This document shows positions 45,601 to 56,936 of a DNA stretch of 64,000 bases, in pieces. The stretch spans positions 30,256,001 to 30,320,000 of the forward strand of contig CM022670.1 in the NCBI GenBank assembly GCA_012295275.1, in the 5' to 3' direction. Source of the stretch: Chrysomallon squamiferum (Eukaryota; Animalia; Mollusca). The position numbers and the translations under genes were made by a program. How positions within the stretch are numbered: position 1 is the first letter of the stretch; each line of letters begins with the position of its first letter. The notes below the pieces were generated by a model, which did no database searches, was not told where the DNA came from, and saw only the letters and a list, made by a program, of their open reading frames with translations.

Positions 45601-46635
45601 TATAAATTAGTACATTCATAGTTTAAATATCTTTCTGTTTTTACTAAACGAATAAAGCTCAATAAAAAAGTTACCCTAATCATTTAAAATAGCACATTTT
45701 ACTATCTAAATTCAATATAAAAAAGTGTGAATCGACTTTCTAACAAGGCGAAGAAATCTGGGCTTTTTCTTGAAAAACTGTATAGGCAATTTGAAGAATA
45801 TCTTTATATTATCGCCCAACCAAAAGGCATGTGCATGATAAATATGATCTAAGAGAATTTGTAAATAAATGTTTTTAATTTTAATTTAATAATCAACAGC
45901 ATTAATATTTCATCTGTATTTCATGTGTATTTCATTAAATTCATTTTTTAAAGATGAATCTATTGTACTGGAGTAAAAACGGTTAATGACCATACTATAC
46001 TTCAGGTAACTTCATCCGATATGACAATGAATAATGCGGAAAATGTCAAAAACACAGAATCCAACTGGCTGCCGCCGTTCACTTTGTCCGACTCGAATTC
46101 GTTAGCAAGTAATTCCGAAGTCATCGAGGTAACAGTAGAAGTTCCTAATTCAACACACGAATCTAACAGAAAATTACAACAGTCTGATTCTCTTCTAAAT
46201 GAAGAAATATCTTTGGATTCTGAATTGTCAACATGTTCTTACGTGAAAGTGGACACGAATGGCAAGCCGGCGTCTATTCCTTTGATTATGGATGAGAATG
46301 GCTACAGAATCTTTCAAAATCTGGATACACCAAAACAAGACAGTGGTTTGTCTTCTGATGAAGCTGATGTTATAGACCGCTGTCAGTTTAATATAAAAAC
46401 TAATGCTCAAGAAATATCGTATATATGTGATTATGTAGTCGTTAATAACAATAACAACGACTTTTCTTACAGATTCCGAGGTCAACAGGATGACGAAGTT
46501 GAAAGGGTTAGAATTCTGAGTCAGTATAAATCTCTTGATCCATGTTCACAAAATACTGATTATGTTTGCGCTGATATGTTACAGCTACATTTGGAAACTG
46601 CGGAATATTCCGTTTTCTCTGTCGACAGTCAGTAG
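36890..46635 (+). CDS. Type I cytokine receptor, gp130/Domeless-like (signal peptide, Ig, cytokine-binding homology region, FN3 repeats, TM, Tyr-rich tail). Exons: 36890-36950, 37302-37607, 38088-38214, 38704-38945, 39242-39390, 39566 or 39572-39713, 39946-40034, 40366-40591, 41303-41463, 41722-41893, 42707-42871, 43355-43510, 44012-44084, 44655-44721, 45502-45570, 46006-46635
   Basis: All introns are GT-AG and the phases chain without a stop. Recognisable parts are the signal peptide MMFLLWIFLTVIQTPSLVFT, an Ig domain (VRITC...NSGLYSC), the CHR start PTKPSNFSCVSESWTNMICSW, an FN3 with LTPYTDYLVMVRC...YWSDQS (WSXWS-like), the Domeless-like YFGVA...SNGITWNEC, and the TM segment LPVILGVSVVIIIIIIFC. 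Confidence 0.9.
41011..41112. repeat. (AAT)n microsatellite; similar tracts at ~11551-11614, 30346-30397, 32957-33030, 47101-47193, 56873-56932 and 61233-61283
   Basis: Seen directly. Confidence 0.95.
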
Positions 46636-47129
46636 TGAGTCTTGAACTATAGAAGACTGTTATGTTCAGTTATATAATTACATTTTTGTGTCTAACATTT
46701 ACTTAATAGAATTACTCATTCTTAAATAATGAGATTTTGAAGTCTCTGTATATTATCATCAGTACTAATCTTTATTTTAACGACATTACCTAATATATTA
46801 TTTGAAGGATTTTACTGATATATTACGAACTACATCTATATTATTCATATATTATGTACTTTAGAACAGTATATTATAATAATATTTTGAACAAATGTTT
46901 TTAAGATTGGGTCTATGATGGATTGAAAACATATGCAAGTTGCTAAAATTATTAGTACAGGGTTAATTGTTTACTCTGTGTGACTAAGAAAGAAAAATGT
47001 TGCAATATTCGAGTTGTATCCCTTGTATTTTATAGTATTTTTAAAAATATAATTATCATAATAATTCTGTATTTTGTTTGATTTCCACAATAGAAACTTG
47101 TAATAATAATAATACTGATAATAATAATG

Positions 47130-47196
<67 letters not shown>

Positions 47197-47922
47197 TATC
47201 AACAGCAATAACAACACCAATAAACTAAAAAAAACAGTCATAAAATCTTTCTCAAAATTCCAGATAATATTAATGAAATACAGTTTCACTCTTGATAGGC
47301 ATCCGAAATACTAAAACGAATAGACACACATACACACAAAGGAAAAAAGGCAGAAAAGAATGAAAATTTCAGTACACTTTATCAGTCATCATAAAAAGAT
47401 AAAAGCGAAAACATAAAATGTATTTGACATGTTCAGGTCAAAGACGATTCGCAAACAAATTTATTACTTGAAAAAACATCTGAAAGCAATTACGTCATGA
47501 AAAAATTGAATTCTCTTATTCCATTAAATACTTAAAATATTCATTTCAACTTGTACAAGAGATAAATTAATACAAGATAGATATTTACATATTAGAAATA
47601 TTTTTCAGTCTCAATATTACCATCAGTCATATCACCATCGCAATATTCATTATTATTATTATTGTTGTTGTTGTTGTTGTAGTCATCTTCTTCATAATTA
47701 TTAGTCATAGCTGAAGGGGTTATGATGATAACAATTTAGTAGTCGTACATGTAGCTGCAGTAGTACCAGTAGCAATAGCAGAAGTCGTTGTGGTAGTTGT
47801 AGTGGCAGTAGTTATAGAAACAGCGGCAGTAAAAGTGATAATATTATATCTTTAAAAATCTAATACTTAACGATAGCTTGACACGTAATTGAAATAAGGC
47901 CTGAGAATTAGTCTGCTAGAAT

Positions 47923-48223
47923 TTATCGTCTGATAAAAGTTAATCGGCGGAAGTACTTAAAGTGTTTCTTGTAGTTTTCCATCCATTCTTTGATAGGATT
48001 TTCTAGATCGTTCACAAACATTTGGGCTTTGTCGTTCATTAATTTCGACGCCGATGAACGTGGAGGATCCTTATCTTGTTCCGAAAGTGTGCTGATGAGG
48101 TACGTGATTATTCCAACAATGGCCAACACAGATCCAAAAAGTGGCAAACAGGCCGTATTTGCAGATTTTGGAGTGCATGTATGTGTGTGTATATGTGTGT
48201 GCGTGTGTGTATCTATATATCTG

Positions 48224-48274
<51 letters not shown>

Positions 48275-48296
48275 GTCTGTCTGTCTGTCTGTCTAT

Positions 48297-48353
<57 letters not shown>

Positions 48354-51095
48354 AGTCTATCTGTCTGTCTGTCTATATAAAATACAAATTACCTTTGTGT
48401 GAACATTTTTAGACTTTTTTCTGAACTCGAATTTTTAGCTGCGATTTTCGCATATGCCTCTGTAAGGTCACCTGTTTCCCCATTAACGGCGGCATTGATA
48501 CACTTACAACTTACATTGTATGTCAGCACAGAAGTCTGCTCATCAGCAACAATCACCCTCCTGATGAAATGTTTATACTGCATGACATTTTTTATTTCGA
48601 ACAAGGTGTTACCATATCCTTTAATATGTTTGATGCTGGCCAGAGAAAAATTAATAGCATTAAATACTGCTGCAACCTTCTGCTCCCCTGCAAGATCAGC
48701 CCAGTCCATAAACGTTTTGATCATTCCATGCATAGCCATTCCCCATGATGCCACGGAATATATATTGCTCAGGCATTTGCCAACAAGAAAACTGTTTCGG
48801 TATCTTTCAAAAACTATTTTAACTGTTTAATAATGTCTCCACCACATTGTACCATTTTCTTGTTTTCAAATGCTCAGTAAGTGACCCATCAAACACGAAC
48901 CTGTTTAGATTTCAACCATGCTATGTCTTTGGTAGGTTTCTAAAGTGAGCTAATGAGGTACGTGATTATTCCAGCAATGGCCAACACAGATCCAAAAAGT
49001 GGCAAACAGGCCCTATTTGAAAAATTTGCAATGCATGTATGTATGTGTGTTTGTGTGTATGGTATGCGTGCATGTATGTATGTGCGTGTGTATGTGTTAT
49101 GTTTGTCTGTCTTTATATCAAAACTATGCATAAAAACAATTTCATAAATACGAACAACTTACTTAGTATTTTTGAAATGTAAACAGTTTTGTGTGTATAA
49201 ATAAGTAATATATTTAAGTAAAAATAAAAAATAAAAAGCAAAGAGCAAAAATCTTTCTTATCATCATATTTTGCCGATTTTTCTTGTGACTGCAGGACAA
49301 ATAAATAAATACGTTTAGATTTAATTCATTTATAACGCCTGCTAATGCCTTTTTAAGAGACGGATCTATAGGTTGAATGAGAATTTTGTTACTTTCATCT
49401 ATGAAACCCGTCATGTTATCATGATCAGAACCAGTGAAGAAATCGATTCGTCTTTGCAGATTTCTGATGACTACTTTTTTTTTGTAAAAAGCATTGGCCT
49501 ATTTTTCTGATGGTGCTAAAACCTAAATCACCATGCAGTGCTTTTGCAAACCAGCACTGGTACTTTCTACATCAGTCGATGATGCAAAAGTATCCAAATT
49601 ATCTGGATACACTAGATAATTATAAAGCTGTGTTCCCCATCCTCTAGGATCCTCTGATTTTAAATATTTATTTAACTTAGGGGTCAGCTGACGGAATGCT
49701 TTAGTCGATACACTGTAATACATATTAGAACAGTCTTTATCATGTGATAAACATCAAAAATCCCCGCCAAACCAGTTTATATTTTTCCTTATCTGTGAAT
49801 TTATTTTCAAACTGCTCGTTATTGGCTAGTCCGTTTGTTAGATATCCCACTTGATATTTGTCAGTTAGCATTTCATAGTATTTCTTTCCTAATGTATCCA
49901 GGTCAGAATCCAGCTTTGGTTTCCTTACACTAAAGAGATTTTCTCGCAAGTCGTCATCTAGTTCATGCAACATGGCTTTTTTCATTAGGAGAAATGATGT
50001 AAATTAAATCTTCCAAATTGAGATCCTGTTCAAGACTAAACGAAAGTTCCCTTATCGTATTTACCACTGCTGGTACTTTATAGTTTGAAGAAGATATTTG
50101 TTCTTCTTGAAAATATGACATATTTTGTGTCCAACTAAAACAGGAATGGTTAATAGTTTGAGTTAATTTCCACTTAAATTTAATTTCCATGTCTGTGCTC
50201 AAAGGTACCTGGCTCTCTATCAGTCTTCCCATCCAGATAAGAACTTTACCTTCCCCGTCTAACTTGGAAGGGTTGTACGCAACAGCTCGTCCTCTGAAAT
50301 TAGTGTAAAACCGTAGAAAAACTCCCAATAAAAGGACGAGATTCTTCACATACTGAAATTTCAAAAACAGGTTAATTTCTTTTGTTGACGGAAAAAGTCA
50401 TTTGTTGACCCAAATCAGTTCGAGACTAAACTGCATACCTTCCACCTTATTTGTCAAGGTATGCTGAAATGGACCTTTTGTTTTTATTTCAGTCATGACA
50501 GCTTTAACGAAATTCGTTTCATCCATTGTAGATTTAGTGAATTCCTTGTTTGCACAGCTGCCGATTTCGAACGTTTTGTCTGTTAGACGTTGTTTAATAT
50601 GTCTGAACATCAAATGTGTACAGCTACTGTCCATTTTTTAAAAGCCAATTGCTTGATGTCACGATCACTACCAATTACCTATAAGAAAACAAAAGAAAAA
50701 AAAGGATCACACATACACAAAAAAAGCTGAAGACTTAAAAAAAGAAATCGATGTATTAGGATAAATAATATATATATTTTTATTATTGATCTGAAGGAGC
50801 ATAAAAAAATAATAATAGTAATTAGTGAAAAACTAAATAATTAGATAATATTAATTTTAATAACTTTGTCACATGTAACATCTAATCATTAAAGTAACTC
50901 AAATGTTTGTTTTCTATACATTAAACGACGTTGTAGATTTACTTACTGGTCTGTTTAGATCAATAGTTTCTACGTGAAATTAACGATAATGTAGCATTTG
51001 AATATTTCTCATTCTCTTTTCATCAGATCTTCCACGATCATTTACATTAAAAATATCAACGGGATACTTACCATGCAGATGTTTCACATAACATA
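47923..51095 (-). pseudogene. Degraded inverted paralog of the Hint-domain gene
   Basis: Fragments align by eye to the intact gene: FRGRAVAYNPSKLDGEG vs FTGRVVAYDPTKLEGEG; LTPKLNKYLKSEDP vs LTPKLNNYLKSADP; QKVAAVFNAINF vs QKVAAVFNAVNF; [14 protein letters not shown] vs LPVIGSVLAIAGII. It has in-frame TAG codons (CMVI*VLAPSEK*), frameshifts and deletions. The first intron is conserved (donor 51070-51071, acceptor 50679-50680). Confidence 0.9.
48210..48375. repeat. Compound (CTAT)n/(CTGT)n microsatellite inside the pseudogene
   Basis: Seen directly. Confidence 0.9.
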
Positions 51096-51467
51096 CCAGA
51101 TCTTCCAGGATAAATGTACCTTATAAATCTTCAGTGATCCCTTATACTAAACACTTTTTAGAATCAAATATCTTACAGACATTCCATTATCGTTTACGTT
51201 ATAGATTTTACAAGATCACATACCTTACAGATCATCTAGGGTCACTTACACTGATTTTGCAGGAAAACCTGTCTTAAAGATCTTCCAGAATCAAAATCCT
51301 ACATTTTCAGTGTAAGTGATCCTAGATGATCTGTAAGGTATGTGATCTTGTAAAATCTATAACGTAAACGATAATGGAATGTCTGTAAGATATTTGATTC
51401 TAAAAAGTGTTTAGTATAAGGGATCACTGAAGATTTATAAGGTACATTTATCCTGGAAGATCAGGTA
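51094..51467. repeat. Long inverted repeat (arms 51094-51254 and 51307-51467, 52-nt loop)
   Basis: The 161-bp arms are reverse complements with two mismatches by manual comparison. Confidence 0.95.
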
Positions 51468-52230
51468 ATATATATATATATATTATAGATACCAGGTATA
51501 AATAAGCAATTAAATATTTTAATTCACTAAAATATATTGTAACTAACAATATAACATATCGGTACCTGTGAATTGATTTGTTTATGATTTATTTTCAGTC
51601 AGATATCATCAATTTCACACATGTAAAATAATTTACATGCATTAATCATTATTTGTTATAGAATTTAATTGTTACTCATAATTCATCCATAATTTACAGT
51701 AGTTTTCCCAAGTAATGCACAAAATGTTTAAACTGTAAAAATAATTATTTTTAACTTTCTTTTAAACAGTATCAAAAAGTTCTTAAAAACAGATTTTAGT
51801 ATGCATTAAAATAAACTGACATATTATCAGCTTTGTCTGTTCGTTATTTTACAAAAAGTGGCAACTAAATATTTATCTCACTTTAAATATAAACTTTCAT
51901 TTCGAAAAATGTAAAGGAAACAGTCACGAATGGAAGATAGAAGGTTGTATCTTTATAAATCTTTTCAATAACGTCAAATCCGACAGATCACAATTGATTT
52001 TATATTTACAATTATAATAAACAATATTAATTAAAAGACAGATTAATTTGCATAAATCTTCTTTTACCTGTGCGAATTGTCGCAGCTAACTGAAAATATT
52101 TACCATAATAAATAAATCATCATAAACAAAAGGGACAGTTTAGAGTATTCTTACCTGTTTGCGAACACTTTATGACACATATTAAATTGATTTGCTATAA
52201 CTAAATATGTCAGTGCATCCAACACTTGTG

Positions 52231-52238
52231 TATATAAA
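52231..52238 (+). promoter_or_regulatory. TATA box of the Hint-domain gene
   Basis: TATATAAA lies about 140 nt upstream of the ATG at 52376, which has an ACAATG context. Confidence 0.5.
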
Positions 52239-52375
52239 CATAGCTGAATTTCATTTCTATAATTGGATCGTTTTGATCAACTGGGTTTCTTCGTTTCTCT
52301 TTAGCAAACGTTCTGTCAGTTAGATATCCAACTTGCATAGATTAGGCATCACCGAATAATATTTTAAAATCAACA

Positions 52376-52972
52376 ATGACTTCAGCTATCTCAGTACCGG
52401 TTCAATCTTCCCATCCTGATGATTCTCGTTTCAGATCAGATGTGGAGATAACGAGTGGTATTTTGAAAGAAGACCTTGTGTCCATGCTAACTGTCGCCAT
52501 TAAAGGATTGAAAATTGCCAACATATCCAGTGTATTTTTCAACAATGCTGAAGGTTCCTGTGTTTGGGCAGGTGAAGGTCACACTTCAACTGTAGAAAAG
52601 ATCGCTGTACCTTTACTAGCATGGAAAATCTGTAAGGTAAGTTGTACCACATTCTGTATATTAATGGTATTTTGAAATCAGCTGTTTATACTTTGAACTA
52701 TTTAAAATATTTAATTAATAATAGACAATATATTTAATAAAAAGTAATGAAATATAGATATAATTTATTTCAAAGGCGAAGGACTATCGTTTATATGGTT
52801 TATATTTGAGAATCAGCATATTTTGCATTCTGTCATAAATATGTGTTTATAACTGATTGTTACCAAAACACCAAAATATAACAAACAAAACAAAAGTTTA
52901 TGAAATAGCAGATTAAATTTGTATTACTAAGTTGAATATTCTTTGGTAAGAATTCAACAACAAATAAACAGA

Positions 52973-53008
<36 letters not shown>

Positions 53009-56000
53009 GAAAGAAAAAGAAATACAAATGAATAGAAAATATATATATAATATTTAATAAATAAATAGAGCTGCATCCTATTTCAAACTGCATGCTAATC
53101 ACGGTTTGGCAAACGATGTGTTTATTCATTATTCTAGGTCTTTCGTGTTGAAAACGATGAAGTCGAACAAAGAGCTCTTGACAACTGGGTGACAGCATTG
53201 CAGTCGACTGAAGCATCTGCTATGTTTGTTGATATGATGAAGCAATGGCTCATGGACAAATTTGGAAATGAAGAATGTTGGAATCCTCTTTTTGCGAAGT
53301 CAATGGATTTATTCAGGCAGAGAATGATGGCTGAACAATTCTTCTTGAACGCAGCTGTTGCGGATTTCAGAGGCGACGCCTTTTTGAAAGAAGTCGAAGA
53401 TGCTTGCAACCGTCCAGAAAAGATAGGATCAGGTCTTATGGTTTATGGTAATGATGTTAAAACATGGATATCTAATCCTCAAGGAGTTACGAATTATGGA
53501 ATGCAGATTAACTGGGATTTATTCAAAACTGAATTTGTTCCGAATTCGGGAGTAGCAGGATGCTTTCTTGCAGGAACAAAGATTTTAGTGGATAATGAAC
53601 AAACAGTTGATATAGAAAGAGTTCATAATAGAAATGTTATTGGTAATAACGGAAGTCAAGAATGTTGGTGTTCAAACGTTGAATTAACAACAAAAGTTGA
53701 GAGAATGGTTTATGGCTTCAATGACGTAAGCCCTTTTTTCACAGGGGACCATGCATTCCTAACTCAAGAAGGATGGAAAGCTATTGATCCTCAAACGGCA
53801 AAATTGAATTATCCTTATTTGACAGTTAGACAGTTAGAAATCGGAGACAGCATTAAAAAGCTAAGCAGTGCTGTGTGTCCAAGCAAAAGTATGCTGTACG
53901 AATGGGAGGTAATAAAGAAGTTTTCATCTAATATTATAAGTAAAGGACAAACAGTATATGGTATTCAAATACCTGAAGGTCTCGTATCGTGTCATGCAAA
54001 TAATTATGTCGCTCATGCTAATCTCTTGGGGGACATATTCAGAACACCCAATGGTTATTATGAAGATTTGTTCAGTGTGCCAGAGTCACCTCTCAAGCAC
54101 TGTGTCCCTCTAGAAGACGTATGCCTTGTCAATCTGAGTTTATTATATCCACAGCATAATAATGAACAGCTGGCAGTACCCGAGGAGCATCTGCACATTG
54201 TAGAATCCCTACCTAGCAACATTCGAGTTGTTCGCGGTAGAATATATAGAAATGGAGTTTTGATGGACGAATCAAATCAAATAAGTGATCACCAGTTAGC
54301 ATGGCGAATGCACTTACGAAATAACGTTTTAGAAGAAGGTGTAATTCATTTTCATCCTGACAGACTCTCAGGTTACGGCAAAGTAATGCTTTCTACAGGA
54401 GATTTTCAGACAACAGAGCCCTATGTGTTTTCCTTCAATGCTCTTTTAAGTCAACACTATTTTGACTGTGAACTGTTCACTAGCGACATGGTGAAGTATG
54501 AAGGTGTTAAGCTAGGCCTTCAGAATGTTCATCTGGGATACAAAGAGGGACCAACTTATCATAGTTTGACATGTAAGATAGATGGAATACAAAATTATTT
54601 AGAAATGGTTGAACTGGGTAAATATATGAATATCGATATAACTAGAGAAAATCAAGCTATCTTTGAAATTCATATACCACCAGAACATCGTCCTCTTTTT
54701 GGATTTGCTCACCTCTCTGGTGTATTTATTGAAGGCTACACTGGTTTCACTGGCAGAGTTGTTGCATACGACCCCACCAAATTAGAAGGCGAAGGAGAAT
54801 CATTTACATGGACTGGTAGGCTCAATGAACATTATAAGACAAATTTACAAACTCACTTTATGTCCGCATTTAACAAAACAACATTACTTTCGGAAGCAGC
54901 GTTTCTGTCCCCAGTTACATATGCTTTAACATCTGACCAGAATAAAGCTAAATTGATTTCATTTTCTAAAGCAGCGGCTTACCATCCTAGTATTACAAAT
55001 CTGAAAAATATTCCTTCTGCACCATTAGCTACACCTGCACTTAGAATGACACGTAACTTAGAGCAGCTTTCAGAATCACTCTCGACAGATCTGAATTTGA
55101 CAGATCTAATAAATATCCCACCACCAGACCAAACTGAAGTCCATACTCTCACTTTCAGCATGGTGAAACAATCTATGTTGTTCGAAATACCTGACAAATG
55201 GAGAACCGATCTACTTGGCGTTTCGAAACCAGACTTATTACACGGTATGGATAAACTAGCCGACCTATACAAAAACATGCTAGTAGAAAAGTACGCTGTT
55301 GGATATTTATCACACGGGATGGCTAACGGAACTCCAGATAAAGGTAAATTTTCCGATTCCGAGAGAAATAAACTTCTTTTTTTCTGGGCAGGAGGAAAAA
55401 ATGGATGTTTATCCAATAATGAAAATTTTTCAAATATGTATTTTAGCTCGTCTCTTATCGCCTTCGATTTACTAACTCCAAAGCTTAACAATTATCTGAA
55501 ATCAGCAGATCCAGAAGCTTGGGCAAAACTGCTTTTCGATTACCTGGTGAATTCAAAACAGCTCGATGTTTATGCAAAGTCAACAAATGTAAACAGCACA
55601 ACCATCATTTTGCAAAAGCAATGCATGGTTCTTCAGTGTTTAGCGCCAACAAAGAAGTACGCAACAGAATTTTACACGAAGGTCGTTCTCAGAAATTTGC
55701 AGAAAAGATCTGATTTCTTTATTGGTACAAACAAAATGGACATGATGGCTTTTATTGATGAAAGCAATAAACTTGTCATCGAAAAGGTGTTGGCAAAAGA
55801 CCCGCACTATGATGCAGATTATGTAAAAGACATGGATAAAGTAATAAGAGATGCAGCTAAAGAATTAAAAATTAAAACAGAAGGAAAGACTAATAAAGAT
55901 TTAGCATGGCTCATATCCAAACAGATCCATGGTTTGATGTCTCAGTTTGTTAGTATCTGGAAAGAAAAGAGCGGCACGCTCTGGTGGAGAAGCAGTGAGG

Positions 56001-56870
56001 CAATTTCTTCTTTTTTTATGAGGAATCCTAACTTGTTTCTTACTGCAAAGCTCGTCAGTTGTTTATTTGGGGTTGTATCCTGGGGACTGGCTTTTTACGG
56101 CACAATCAGAACATTCATGGGATGGAAAACTCTGTCAACAGACCAGAAAGTTGCTGCTGTTTTCAATGCTGTTAACTTTGCAGTTGCCAGTATCTCCCGA
56201 GTAAAAGACATTGTTGCCGATCTTTGTGAAATTAAAGACGGATTTTATAACACTCACTTCGTGAGAAGGTGGGTGGCTGGACAGGAAGATCCAGAGGTCG
56301 CTGTGCTGTTCGAAACTCAAGCCCTTGAACTGAATGTAATAGTAAATGAAGGAGCAACTATACAGGAGTCCATAGCTGAAGCAGTTAGTCGAAGCTCATC
56401 GTCAGAAGAAGAAATTACTGCTACCACTGAGGCGTAAGTACATCAGATTGTACAGAATATATGATTATTAATAAACAAAAATAAGACAATAATATATTTT
56501 AATATACCCGTGATTTGTAAATGTTATTTCTTCCTTTCTTAATATAATTTTATGTGTGTATGTATGTATGTGTGTATGTGTGTGTGTATGTGTATATATT
56601 ATATATACATATATATATATGTCTCCGATTTATAACTTAACTGTCGAAATTACTTATTACTTCAGAGTACAAGAAGAATTTTCGGTTCTAGAAAAGTCTG
56701 CTCAAGTGACGACAGTACTGGCTTTAGTAGCATCATCAGTCGCCTTGGGATTCAGAATTTATAACGACTTGAAGGACGGACAACCAGTGATAGTCGCTGT
56801 AATGGATATCTTGCAGGTAATAATATAACAAAAGCAGCAACAACAGCAACAACAGTAATAATAATATTAA

Positions 56871-56936
<66 letters not shown>

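Noticed and set aside
51470-52375. STAT (TTCnnnGAA) sites linking the Hint gene to the receptor
   Set aside because: I saw no convincing canonical site, and short variants are expected by chance in AT-rich DNA.
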